DNA of 63,727 bases, filler included, from Bigelowiella natans CCMP2755 (GCA_000320545.1; 5 parts of 5 records of this genome joined end to end with filler, not necessarily neighbours in it); one strand, 5' to 3'. Counted from the first letter of the whole stretch, positions 9,966 to 22,555 are shown. Program-made: numbers and translations. Notes: generated by a model not told the origin, from the letters alone.

Positions 9966-12932
9966 CTGTTACTATAACCGAGATCTTTGAGATCCTGCCA
10001 TTGCATTGCAGCAGGGATATTCGAGACTTGAATCTTGTATTTTCCTTTCTGATCGATGATACCAGTTGTTTTATGCATGGAGAAGTGTGCAGAATCAGTG
10101 AGTAGCCAGGCAAAGAAGACTCCGGCAGCAGAAGAGTACATGCGCGCTGCGTGCGTGCGTGCTTGCGGCGAGAGAAAGCAGTGAGAGAGAAACGCTAACG
10201 GCGGGGGAAGAGATATAGCGGCAAAGACGTTGAAGGAAGGAAAAAGGCGGTTGGTTTTGGTTAGAGGCTCTTGCTTCTATTATATCCTGAATACTACCGG
10301 TACGTTAGACATGCGGCTTCTCCCGAACAAGCGCCCCCCCCCCCCGCCTCTGTCGCCCCCTCTCCGGTCATCTCGATCTCTGGTATCTCGAAAGTCGCCT
10401 CTCCGCACGTCGTCCCCCCCCCTTCCCCTGTCCTCCAGGGGATGATGGGATCCTGCCGAGGGCCTTCGGGGAGGCCCCCCCCCCCGCATGTTCCCTTCCT
10501 CTCGCATGTGCTGCGGCGTGTCACGAGGAGGGGCGCGTCTCAAGTCTCTCTCCCTACTGCTACTTCTCCGTCGGTTGTCGAAGCCGCCTCGATGACTATC
10601 ATCTCTTCCTCCTCGCCCCCCCCCGCTTGCTGGTGCTCCTCCTCTATAATCTCCTCTGTAATCTCCTCTGTAGTCGGCCTCCTTCCGGGAATCGTAGCCC
10701 CCCCCTCTATCATCGCGCATGGGTCGGCGTTCAGCCCTTCGCCCTCCATCATATCCTCCTCCTCCTCCTCCTCCTCCTCCTCCTCCTCCTATTCTATCAT
10801 CGCGACCCCCTCGTGCTTCTACTCGTTTGGGGGGTAGCCTCCTGATGCCTGTGCCGTCGCGCCGTTCCGGGTGCAATGGCCGTCGGTCATCGTCGTGGCG
10901 GTTGCTATAGCCCCCCCCCCCCCCCCTCTTCGATCGCCCATGTATGTTCTGGGGCCGCCTCCCCCCCTTCCAAGATCATCTTTTCTATCGCCTCTGTCCC
11001 GCATGAGAGCATCGCCTCTGTTGTTGTTGTTGCTGCTGCTGCTGCCTCCGATGCCTTCTCGTCTACCCCCCCCCCCGAACCCTCTGCTGTTGTCCCGCGA
11101 CGGGTGTGCAGGAGGAGCCTCGTCCCTGCGGAGAACCTGAATCGGTCGTCGGCTGCTTCCTCTGGTGTCACTAGCCCTTCTCTCGATTGCTACTCTGCTG
11201 CCCCTCTCTTCATACCTCCTCTCATCGAATCGCCTCTCGTTCCCGCCCCTGTTACCAGCAGCAGCACTTCCACTATATAAGTGTTGGCCATGGCCGCTAT
11301 TCTCGCGCTTATGCGCGCCAGCCCCTCCATGTTCACCACGATACGGCTGCGTGTCGCGGCGCAGCTGGAGATCTCGCCTTTGCCCCCCCCCTCCTCTCTC
11401 ATCCCCCCCCCGCCGCACAACTCTCCTGCTCCTGTCCTCGCCAACACGCGCATGCGAATGTGGCCTGCTGCTGTCATCCTTCGCCCTATCGTCGCTATAT
11501 CTCGAAGAAGACCTGCTTCCCCCCCGTTGGCTGTAGTCTCCCCCCTGCTCGTACCCCTTCTTGTACGCGGGGGCGCCAAAACTCTTCCTGTCCTCTCGCC
11601 GATCACGAGGGGCGTTGACGACGTCCGAACCCGTGGCAGCAGTCGATACTGCCCCCCTGTGACTCCTCTCTCCGAATCGAGACCTGCGCGGCGGGGGGGG
11701 GGCTCTCTCATCCCTCCTACCCCTGTGGTTGTTGGAGTTTCTTCTGTCGTCTCGTTCCGCTCCGCCCCTGGTACTGTTGTCATCCCCTCCTTTGCCGTCA
11801 TCGCCGCCGGTGGGGTTGGGATACACTTCGTTATCCTCGCGGATCTCTTCCTTCGCGTGAGCAGCGCTACCGTCGTCGTTGTAATCAGCAGGTTGTTCTT
11901 CGACAACCTCCTCTTCCCGATCTTGCTCTTGCTCTTCGTCGTCTTCGTGCCCATTCTCGTCCCTCTCGTCGATGGGATCCTCGATTCTCTCTTGATTCCC
12001 TTGCAATTCTTCTTCTTCTTCTTCACGATCCCCTGCCACCATGTCTGCTTCCTCCTCCTCCTCTTCTACGACAGCAGCATCCTCATCAGCTACATGCTCA
12101 ATAACGTGATGTTGTTCGGCCTGGGGAGACGAGTTGTCCCTTGGTGGAGTCGGAGGCTGGCTGATTGGCGGCGATCTGGGCTGCTCTCGTGAGGCGTGGG
12201 GGGGTTGGGAACCGGATCGATCATCATTTTCTGCGTCGTCGTCTTCTTCCATGATTCTCTTTTCTCTTTTCGAGTCTTCTTCTTCTTTTTCGCTCTGGTC
12301 ACTGCGCCCTTGTGTTGTCCTGCTATCCCTCCGCTCGCTCCTGTCGCTCCTCGCGCTGAGCTCTCGGCCAACCCTGCTATTGGTCCTATTGTTGTCGCCT
12401 CTGCTATCTCGCCCGACTCCACGATTGCTCCTCTCGCCCCTCTTCTCCCTGTCCTCACCCCGAGAGAACCCTCGCTCATCCTCCCGACGACGGCCCTCAT
12501 GGCGACCGGCAGATTCGTCCATTCGTCTTGAGCGATCAGGTATGGGATCTCGACGTCTGCGAATGGGGCTGCGTTCACGGGCAGTGCGCGAGCGAGGACT
12601 CCGCTGTCGCTTCTCGCCACCAGCCCATGCGACCTTCACTTTGCATCCTGCCACCTTCTTCTGATCCATCTTCAGAGCACTTCTGGCATGCTCCTCTCTC
12701 TCAAACGAGATGAATGCAAACACATCCTTCCTCGAAGACCTGATGCAGGAGCACGCATCAGACGATAAACACAACCGTTATTAGGCCGCATTTTAGCTGG
12801 TATTGGGTGATATATCTTTTACCGAATTGACACTTCCTCGATTGGCCCAAACAAGGAGAATGTGTCTTCCAGATCATCTTTCTCCACTCGTTCGTGTAAA
12901 CCGCCTATCCAAATTCTCTTCCTCCCTTGCAT
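9584..12932 (-). CDS. SR-family-like RNA-binding protein: N-terminal RRM, very long R/D/G-rich low-complexity region, C-terminal pseudo-RRM
   Basis: Exon 12932-12823 (MQGRKRIWIGGLHERVEKDDLEDTFSLFGPIEEVSIR) joins an exon from 12739 (SSRKDVFAFISFEREEHARSALKMDQKKVAGCKVKVAWA) to form an RRM. An RS/RD/RGG region follows, with an apparent frameshift at the C-run ~10911-10926. The 3' exons give GKYKIQVSNIPAAMQWQDLKDL|GMRYGDSVTFARTY..GYIEYKDRADAEEALKKIN (SRSF1-type RRM2). Stop at 9584. Confidence 0.85.
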
Positions 12933-13268
12933 TCTAGCTCGTATTTACGGCTTTGTCGTTTTCAAGGGAGGGGGCCGGGTGCGCAGAGAAAGCTCACCGC
13001 GAGAGAGCGATTAGAAATTCAGTCTTAAGAGCAACAAATGCACGCCCATAGCATTCAAAAAGCCATTCGTTTTTGCAGAATTCCTCTTCTAAATCACTGA
13101 CGCAGAGATGCCATTTCCGTGCTTTCAGCTTCCAGGAGCGGCCGGGTTTCGTCTTCGCTGGCTCCCTGCCGAATTTTTAAAAGACGCAGAAAAGTTTGGA
13201 AAATCAAAAATTCGCGTGCTTTCTGTTGTGTTTTCCGTAGTAGATCTAGGAACTTCTCTCCTCAAAAA
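12933..13268. promoter_or_regulatory. short divergent (putative bidirectional) promoter/5'UTR region
   Basis: About 340 bp between head-to-head starts; microsatellite-free, with A/T-tract words (gaattttt, aaaaattc). Confidence 0.5.
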
Positions 13269-13971
13269 ATGATGTCTGGATGTCGAATAATTTTTTCTGT
13301 GAGTTCCAGTTGACGATCGGAAATAGAATAGTATTTTTAAGTGCGACAACGAATTCATTACGGCGCAGGTGCAAATTAAAGGCATTCACTGCTCTCCACC
13401 CTCACTCCAATCCAACGGGTTACCGCGCTCGATCTCGTTTTGGCCCGGGAGAATGGAGGAGACACTACCACCGCTGCACAGGCTATCAACTGTAAAGGCA
13501 CTTGAGCAGAGTGCTGTCGAGGGTGACCTGGAAGCTTTCGGCACCTTGCCACGGCTGCCAGGCGGGAAGCTGAGAGAAACCAGTGAGCTCTCGAAGTACA
13601 ATTGTGTTTTTTGCTTCATCTCTCCGCTATTCATCATTGCATCGTTGCCCTTCTGTCTATGGGGTTGGATTTGTCGTATGCTCGGGATCTCGTATCTCAT
13701 GGAAGGCTTGCTTGGATTAGAATCTTGTGCACTTTGCTGCTGTTGTACTGAGGCTACCTACGCTCCATGCATATTCTACTACTCGTGTTGCTGCTGCCAC
13801 TACATTGATGAGCTGGAAAGTTGTCCGATTGTGCCGAGGGAATTGAAGGTAAGGATGGGGCTACTGGATGGTGATGACGATGTTGGATCGATGTCGGGGT
13901 ATCAATCCGCAGAGTTCCTCGAAGGAGAAACATTCCTCGGCGCTAACGATAGACCGTATACTACAATGTAA
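13269..13971 (+). CDS. small cysteine-rich membrane protein, unknown function
   Basis: Open frame 13369-13971 follows an AG acceptor, with a possible first exon at 13269-13298 (or an internal ATG at 13453). A hydrophobic segment CVFCFISPLFIIASLPFCLWGWIC is followed by two CCCC clusters. It is divergent from the SR gene. Confidence 0.55.
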
Positions 13972-14422
13972 GTGAGCTTCCAAGTCATGGTCTGTGCATA
14001 TCGTGCTTCTTTTTTCTTATTCTCTGTCTGTGGGTTTGAGCTAGGGTAGAGAAGAGGGATGGATTGTCAATCACCCGCGACGGGGTTTTAAATTTATATC
14101 ACGCCAGCCTCCGGCACCGAACACTAACCCACCAAAAGTAATAAGTTATTAGAGTTTGAAGTCAGGCTTAGATGGAATTGAGAGTTTCAGCCACCGTGTC
14201 CTAGCAAATTAATTGATTAAGTGTGATCTTGGTGGCACCAGAATTAGACCACAGCTAGCAAGCTGTGTAGACACACAAGCAGTTTGTCAACCTTATATTA
14301 TTGACCTTGTCCGCAAAAGCGCTAATTTAATGGGCAAAACACGACACTTTCGTCGAGACGGTGGTAGTTGCGGCAAGTACATTTTACTGACATTTATTTA
14401 TACTCGTGCACGGTAAGTGCCT

Positions 14423-14522
14423 NNNNNNNNNNNNNNNNNNNNNNNNNNNNNNNNNNNNNNNNNNNNTTAATTAATTAANNNNNNNNNNNNNNNNNNNNNN
14501 NNNNNNNNNNNNNNNNNNNNNN
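14423..14522. other. assembly gap with six-frame-stop linker TTAATTAATTAA
   Basis: 44 N + ttaattaattaa + 44 N, the same structure as the other three gaps. Confidence 0.98.
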
Positions 14523-15521
14523 TCCCCCCCCCCCCACCCGCCTCCCTCGCGCATGCACGCTTTTTGATGTAGCATAGAATGAAATCAAGAGTACCCATTT
14601 CTTCGATCCGTTTACAATGTAATGATCTCCTGAGGATGGTGATAATTAGATGATAATGATGGATGATTATGCTGCTAAGCGCTGCTTCATTCTTCATTCC
14701 CTCTTCACCTTGCAACTTCGCGGATGTTTCGAGTCCTGCGACATCGGATCCATAGCCAGGTTCCTAAGCAATGCCGTCGGCCATTGAAGAGGGTAAATGA
14801 ATATAGACCGATCTTAACGACACATTTGACATTTTCAGTGCATCAATAGACAGCGTGTAAGGTGCACGGTACACTCGATAAACACACATATTGGAGAACC
14901 GAGATAGCAAGTGATATGTTCTTTCTTCCTTGCACAACGTCCCTGATAGTGGCAGGCAGAGGAAGAAGCAGAAGAGAGCTTTCATATCATCCGTACAATT
15001 CACCATTATTTCATTTTGTGCTGTTTTGGTCGCTGGGTGTCTAACCGTGCAATGCCTCGCTTCATTTCTTCGGTGCCAGCAAGAAGAATGGGCGGCTAAG
15101 GTGGTGTTGATGATGATCATAAGGAGGGAGATTTTTACCGGCAACGTGATGATTGTATCTATCGAATTCAGATGTGAAGGTTGTTGCTACCAGAGCCATA
15201 CTGTTTATCGCCATTTGACCCAACACGCCTGAAGCATACATTATGCTGTTATACGTATGCAAGTATTTAAAAGATATGAAGACGAAACACGTTGGAAGGA
15301 AAACTCATCATGTTAGCATTCTGAGGCAAGGTGCCACTCAACCCAATCGGTGGTGATAATACGAATATTCTCCACTACGATGATAAAAGAAACAGCAATA
15401 TATCGGCCTTTTGCTGGTCGTGTGCGAAATCATCATTTGTCGTCGATGTTACTACCCACCGCTGCCGCCTGTTCTTGCCATCTCGTCGTGGATTATCAGC
15501 TATGTTGTAATCGTTATACAC

Positions 15522-15563
<42 letters not shown>

Positions 15564-17002
15564 TACATACACGCACACTTATAAATATGTACACTATGAT
15601 ATATTTCGGGATTGGTGTTAGAAAAATGGCACCGAAAACCGTACATATAGTCTATCGAGAAAAGATAGAATCGAGGTAAGAATACGTTACGAATACACGG
15701 TAATCAGCTCCGTAATTTTCACATTATATTTCCCCACCTCATGAAAAGCGTCAAAGTCGTCCGGACGGGTTCCTTCGGAAGGAGGTACGTATTCAAAATA
15801 TGTCATTTAAGAAATACGATTAACAAAAACATTTGTGCAAGGCGAAGACACAAGGCAGAGAGGTGTAGATTATAGCGTGGATGAGTCACCTCCCCATTTT
15901 CGATCGTAGATGACGCCTTGAATACCCGCTTTAAAGGCTTCCTCATGCAATTTCCTACATTGATGATGATTTATGAAAGTTCGGTTAGTTAAGACGTGAT
16001 CGCCCCCCCACTCCAAAGGCATCTTTTGGCCAGTATGAAGGATTCTGTGAGTAGGCTCTTAATCAAAGTAACTCCGTGTCTGTATTGCCTCACCTCCCAG
16101 CTATATATACGGTAAATTACGGACTTTGGATAGCCCTCGGGACATTCAATCCATTCCTCAAGGTTCGGTTTTAGCCTCTCCTCCACAAACCTTGTAAAGG
16201 GGGGGGGGAGAGGGATATGAGTTGAGGTTTTGGTGATTCGTTTTCGCTGCTTGGTTCATAGATATATTATGGACAGTACTTTCGAATCCGATTGCGTAGA
16301 TCCACGTGAGATTGTCGATAATAGGGAGATTTCCCGCCCTGAAAAATAAGCATCTCTATTCGCCGTGTACTTAACTATTACTCTCTCTCTCTCTCTCTCT
16401 CGCTCTCGCTCTCTTTATCTATCTATCTAACTATCAATCTTCCAATGTGCAAGATAACTCTCGAAATGACACACCTGATACCAATACGGCTCACACAGGG
16501 GAATTTGACATCCAAATCTATTAACGAAAGCAGTAGCATCAATCAGTATGAGAAGAAACTGGCTGTGGGCCCGCATTTCTCCAAACACCTTGAGTGAGAA
16601 GTTGGTTTTCATCAAAAGGTAACCAATTGACCTCTCTCTCATTACTACCTCTCGTGCTCCATGCTCTTCTCTCCTGAAATGGTGCAGCGAATGTGCGCTA
16701 CTCTGCCTTGTGTCGGGTGCTCCTTGCTCAGAACTGATACTGATCGGATCTTCCATTAACGCACTAGGAAGAAGGAGAACTTCGGGGATTTTTGTACGAT
16801 ATCGATAATCAGATCTAGTCGTACTAAAGAATTCCATTTGTTTCGGATAAAATCTGCAAAATGAACGTGGGAGCATGGAACCACTTCCGGACAGAAAGGG
16901 TACTGTAATCCGGGGATCCACTAGAAAATACCACAAATACCGTAAATAACGGGACAATCGCTAACATTCCAAAAAAGATAACCGAATCCTCTCCATCGAC
17001 AT
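14523..17002 (-). CDS. acyl-CoA dehydrogenase (fungal/protist long-chain-like type); 3' half lost in the gap, start uncertain
   Basis: Spliced motifs FGCQIPLCEPYWYQ|GGKSPYYRQSHVDLRNRIRK|FVEERLKPNLEEW..|KLHEEAFKAG..|PDDFDAFHE..GVLGQMAINSMAL..GRKNISLAIS|EPGYGSDVAGLETSAKLQ|GDHYIVNGSKKW include the diagnostic ACAD EPxxGSDV and NGxKxW motifs. ATG 17002 is only a candidate start. Confidence 0.88.
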
Positions 17003-17370
17003 CGTAATCTGACGTTCTGATCTAGAAAATGCCCCGTGATGGTCCACAGGTTGTCTCACATTAGAAATAGCCTGTGTTTGTGCTAGTGAGCCTGCATGTC
17101 CAACAAGCCAGCAACCCTTATTAAGAAGGAAGCTGCATCACGGTAGTGTGGATGGCAGGCTGATTTTATGGGCAAATTTGCCTAAAAATCTGGCTAAAAC
17201 TCTCAAGATGTGAAGGAAGTGTGTTTGCCGTGCTCGGGCGAAGGGGATGCCGTGTAGGTCAACAAGGTCATCACTGCGGAGCTCCGTGTTCGATTAGGAG
17301 AGCTTTTGGCGTGAGAGCCTTGACCGCAACGGGTAAATCCCCACTGTTTGTCGCGTTTCCTGAGTGCGTA

Positions 17371-17415
17371 GCAATGTTCTCAGGCTGGGCAATGTTCTCA
17401 GGCTGGGCAATGTTC
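17371..17415. repeat. 18-bp tandem repeat (GCAATGTTCTCAGGCTGG x2.5)
   Basis: Two exact copies plus a partial third in the spacer between divergent genes. Confidence 0.9.
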
Positions 17416-17626
17416 CCACGGAGGCTACATCTGGACGAAGCATCGCTGGGCGCGTTGTCGCTGTAAGGTCATTGCTTAGATTTCCCTGGAATCTGGGCCT
17501 CGGTCGGTCCATCTCATCAAATTGCGATTTCATTGGACACACCCGAAATAAGCCAGGCTCCAATCTTCCCCTTCAGCGAAGAAGAGATTACGAAGCAACA
17601 TCGTCGAAGGAGAGGGTGGACACAAC

Positions 17627-19726
17627 ATGGTGACCCTTGCGATACCTATCATCATTTCCGTCCTACTAGGACTATGTCTCCTAGCCGTTGCAGGAATGTG
17701 TCTCCTGGATGTTGTCTTTATCGTCGTCACAAGACACCAAGAGAAGCGGCGCGTACTCCTGTGCTGCCTAATCATGCTCAGCCTGCTGCTGGCGCATCTA
17801 ATTAGTCAATTTGCCCCAGGAAGGGAGGGTGTAGCGTGCCTGATAGAGCTATTGACCTCTCGGATGTTTGGTCTGGTGTGTGTTGTCGGTGCTACCTGGC
17901 ACATTGAGCGAATGGTGGCCACCAGCGAGCGTTTAGCAAGCCTAGATGCTCCAGCATCCGCTGCGGAGAGCAGAGCGGTGTGTGGGAATCGCAGCAACAG
18001 GAGAAGAGGCAGTTTTCTCAGATTGACGGCATTATTTTTGATCTCGTGCATCATCGGCGAAATAGTTTTCGTCATAGCTTACCACGTTGGAGGAGGATAC
18101 TTCATTTGTCTCTTCGCTGCATTCATTGTTACCTGCATGGCCTCAAATGCCTTTATGATCACAAGCATTGTGTGCGTGTACAGGGCTAAGAGAGAAGTCG
18201 AAGAACGTCTTTGTGAGTATCTGAAAACGATTGAAGCTAGCCTCAATGCCTCAGGAGGTCATCAGCTTTAACCATAGATGTTTTCCCCATTCGACATTGC
18301 ACTTGACGTCGTTTTTCATAGCCAATGTCCTCGTTACTGCTGCTTTATGCGCCAACGTTTTGAGGTATATCATTTATTGCTTTTATGGTATTGCGTACAT
18401 GTATTCTCTATTCTCAGACTATACATGGGCGTCACGGATTCGGGAAAAATTCCTACCAGCTTTGACATACTCGCTTGTTAAATGCCAGCATCTGCTAGTT
18501 TTGCACTTGGGGCTAGGTAAAAATGGACCAAAAGGGAGGAGAACAAGAGTGTGGGATGGGGGTAGATGGATAGAGAGCGGCCTTTCTATGCAGATGAAGA
18601 TATGGTATGCAATTAACGAACTTATTATCGTGATATTGAAATGTTGACGCATGGAGAGGCGAAATATATCCTCCTCGTCGTTTTCTCATTTCCTCTTTCT
18701 CTCCCATCCGCCCAACCGCAAAATTGAGCAGTCTTCCTAGCACTCTTCTCATCCACCGGACGGGCTATCCTACTGATAATCTCCCTCGTTAAGAAGAAAA
18801 GCTTCTTAAGCGAAGTATTGCTAGCCTGTGGGCGAGGCAGCTCTCAATCAGCAGTATACTGCAGTACTTCATCGTCACCGTCGCATTTATACCTTTTGCT
18901 TATCCGGCTATGCTTCGTCGACGTACTGTTCATATTAATCGTTGGTTATCTCCTCTACTCCTCCTCTGTGCCTATGCACAAGGTGCGACAGTCTTTCCAA
19001 TTTAAAAATATCTGCTCTCTCTGCTGCTGTTGCAATAGCTTTGGGGGAACAACAACAAGGGCTCGCAATGATTACAGCATGAATAGGAGCAGCGAGGGAA
19101 AAAACTTTGCAAGGAGCAGCGTTGATGATCAAAATCCAGATGAGAGAGAAAGGGAATATAGGAGCCGAAGAGGCAGGGGAGGAAGAGAAACAAGACGACA
19201 CTTATGTGTGACTGGGAGTGTGGAATCGAAACAACGCTCGTCGCAGCAGCAGCAGCGATACCCGACGCGGCGTGTTGTAGTTATAAGCAGGGGGACTTCT
19301 GGAGTAGGAACAATAACGAAGGGAGGGGGTGATAGTATCCACAGCAGAAGTTGGAGCGGTAGCCATAGCGGTATAGTCTCCGTACCGTTGTCACAGTCTT
19401 CAATTCCGATATGGTCATCGCGGGCAGCAGCAAACATCGTAGTAAACAACCAGAGTTGCTCTAGCAACCACGATCGCAAAAGCAGTAAGAGCCGCAGTAG
19501 AAGCAGATTGACGGCCACATCACTTCCAGTCATTATTGAGAGAAAAATACTAAAAGCATCCGCAGCAGCGGCGGCGGCAGCAGTGAAGGATGAGGAAGGT
19601 CGCAACTCGGATAATACTCACAATAATTGTGCTTGCACAGGGACCAATAAGGAGTATAGGCATAAGTACAACGACAAAGGGTGTAATTATGATAATAGTA
19701 GCGGGAGAAACATCAGGATTCAATAA
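17627..19726 (+). CDS. multi-pass membrane protein with 7TM/GPCR-like topology and a long Ser/Arg-rich cytoplasmic tail
   Basis: About five hydrophobic helices lie in 17627-18250, with more hydrophobic segments near 18430-18515 and 18890-18960 (LLLIRLCFVDVLFILIVGYLLYS). These are followed by CSLCCCC (palmitoylation-like) and a polar tail to TAA 19726. Internal splice sites are not fully resolved. Confidence 0.6.
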
Positions 19727-20684
19727 AATCCACAACTGCGTTAAGGCCAGTAAATATAGATGTTATTTATTTAGACGTACTAATCTAGTCACACAACGGT
19801 GTGACCATTATGGCCTGGTGCGTGTATGGCAGCTACAGCAGCGCGCGGTGAGACAAATGTTAAATGATAAACATTATTAACACGAACAACTGAACACGAG
19901 TGATGAGCCATGAATAATTGACAAATAAAGTGAATAACGATGTGAACCTGAAGTAAGCAATAATAGGCACTAGGGCATTGTAAAGCTCTACTAGAGCTGT
20001 AGCTAGCTAATCTAGCTGCGTGCGTGCCGCGACCATTCTAGCATTCCCTAGACTGCGTATATATGTGCGGCGTTAGTTTTGTCGATAAAAATGCAAACAA
20101 CATAGCGTGTATGCATTATATGCAAATGTTACAGAAATGACGCTTGTATGCGTGCCATCCTATATAGCATATCAATTGTCTATAATAACTAGCGATGTTC
20201 ATTTCATATTGCTGCGCGATGCGCACTACGCGCATGCTAGCATGCACGCGGCGATGGTGATCACATCTAGCTAGCTCTAGAGCTATATATATGCAGATGC
20301 TTATCCTAGATGCAATGTACACTACACATACATACACACATTAGTCTAAATGTCATGCAGTGTTGTGATCGCTCGACCAAGCTAGAAAATATCGTGCGTT
20401 TGTAATGCAGTGATACGTAACATGCATATCATTGTTGGCCTGCTGCCACCCATGCTAGCATGCTTGCAGCAACGTGTAGCACATAGTATGAGGAAAACCC
20501 TAGTGTAATGCTAAATAACCATACGCTTTGATCTATCTACGAACGCAAGAGTTCGCGATTACCCTATGAAGATGCGTGTTAGATTAGCTACATAATCTAC
20601 ATCATCACTATCCGTAACTTTTCCGTTACTTCATCCCAATTATTATTACAACATGGTAAAGATAAGGCAGAGAAAGAGAGCACC

Positions 20685-21997
20685 TTACCGTCTCTTTCCT
20701 CCCTTGCCGAGCTTGCCCTTAGCCTCTAAGTTTTTCTTGTTGCGAGGGTGCAGCGGCTTCTTATCGTTGGTTTCATAGGAGAAGTATTTCCTCTTTGGGA
20801 GAATTTCAATCGTTCCGCCAGCCTTTTCGATAGCCTCGCGCGCGGTATCAGATACAGCATGTGCCCTTACAGTAAGTCCCTGCGTGGTTAACTCGCCACT
20901 GCCTAGGACCTTATGGATTCGTTCCTTTGTGTCCGTCATCACACGAGCGTCGCGGAGGGCTGGAAAGTCAACAACCGACTAGAAAAGAGGAAGAGTAAGG
21001 GGTGGGATATCGTAGGGTGAGCTTAGAAGAATATGCCAGTGTGTTTTTGTAGAACACTTTGTGCATGTACTGAGTCGTCTGCAGTTGTGTCTCAAAAGTG
21101 ATGTAAAGCGTGTGGATGCGTATGAATGGGCATGGATGTACACAGTGAATGCAGCGACAAGGATGAATTGAAAGAGGAGTAGAGGAGAGAAAGCAAAAGG
21201 AATAAGAAGGAGATAATTCGTGAAGTCGTAGTGAGTTATTTTCGATGTGCAACTGGAGAGGATTATCATATTACGTTTTCTGGCATTTGGTTGAGATGCT
21301 CTAGGTTAATTACACCATATCGGGTGTATTGGTGGCCAGGTCCCATAGGGCGACCGGGGTATTTAGGCAAACGACGATACTAAATAAATATATTGATAAT
21401 GATTACTATGGAATGTGTGATGTAGGGATGGGGGTCCACTACAATCGGTTCTGATCATAAGGGGAGGGAGATCAAGCCAAGCCACAGTTCCTGCATTCCG
21501 ACGCTATCAAGACTCGCCCCTCTTACCACAACCCTAATGCATGTGAAATATGATATCTACCAGTGGAGTTTGTCCTCCTTCGAAACCAGTTCTGACTCCG
21601 CCTCCAGATCGGGAGTTCTGCCCGCGCATACCCCTACCACATGATCCTCCTTGACCAGCGGAGTAACCACGTCCTAGGCGTTTCTTTCTGTGGGTGGCCC
21701 CGGGTTGAGGGGAAAGATTGTTGAGGCGAAATCTCTCAGCGCTCACTGATACAGATCGAGCTTTGCTGCTCGTTAGAGGCATCTGAAGGTCTGCAAAGGA
21801 CAAATGCATTCGTGTTTAAGGGGGGGGTTAACTTCAGTATAAAATATATTCATTTAAGCTCAAATGATATTGATTTCTATTCAATACGTACCAGTTTGTG
21901 CTGCACCATAGTTTCTATAGGTTGCGAAAGTCGCAAAGGCGATGGATAGCGCCAAGACGGCCACGAGCGGGGTAGGGGAGGGCGAAGGGGACCCCAT
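20685..21997 (-). CDS. rpl15: plastid 50S ribosomal protein L15 (uL15c) with a bipartite targeting presequence
   Basis: Four exons: [35 protein letters not shown] | ...[58 protein letters not shown] | [16 protein letters not shown]... | ...[34 protein letters not shown] (uL15 signatures). Confidence 0.95.
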
Positions 21998-22555
21998 TGT
22001 TTGTGGTTCGCAATTAGAGCTAAAATTCAGCCTGAATTCGGCTAAGGATTGGATGAAATTATGGAAAACAAGGACAATTTACACTATTTAGGTAGCAATA
22101 AGCCCTTTTATTGCATGATTGTCCGGCATTCATGACATTTTCGATGCTTCTGCCAATGCGACATTTCCACTGACAGCCGGGCCTTATTTTTATTATTTCT
22201 TCGGTTCCAAAATTGCCGAGAAGGCTTAAGATTTATTATCGAATTCAACCCTTAATGGTTGTCTCTCTAAGGAAAATAGCGAAGACATTGAGAGTCAGGA
22301 AATATCAGGGAAATACTCTTAACGCATTCCAATAATATCCTGAATTAATGACAGAAAAGGACTGATAATTCTTCGGTCAAATCAGACATAGAAATGTAGG
22401 CAAATCTTTTGATGCGTCATGAATTAATCTGCCTTCCAGGAAAACCGCGCTTTCCTCCACGCATTTACTCTCTGTTCCTGCTCGGCCCTCTCTCGCCTCA
22501 TTGGAGCCTCAATACTGAATAGCCCCCTTGCCAGAGCAAAAGAGAAGTTTTCGAC
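21998..22555. promoter_or_regulatory. divergent promoter region shared by rpl15 and RBM25-like
   Basis: About 560 bp between two confidently identified head-to-head ATGs; no microsatellites. Confidence 0.6.

Noticed and set aside
10911-10926. Programmed frameshifting or pseudogenisation in the SR-like gene (and at 7931-7941)
   Set aside because: Both shifts fall in long G/C homopolymers, the typical error site in this assembly, and the downstream frames are intact.
11281-12192. 303-aa hydrophobic plus-strand ORF resembling a membrane protein
   Set aside because: It is the antisense shadow of the charged low-complexity exon of the SR-like gene.
14213-14416. Short plus-strand ORF ending in a donor-like GTAAGT before the gap
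   Set aside because: It has no recognisable motif and is truncated by the gap, so support is insufficient.
14467-14478. TTAATTAATTAA recurring four times (also 42869, 57889, 62190) as a possible biological motif or piggyBac TTAA site
   Set aside because: It is always centred in identical N spacers and gives stops in all six frames, so it is an artificial scaffolding linker.
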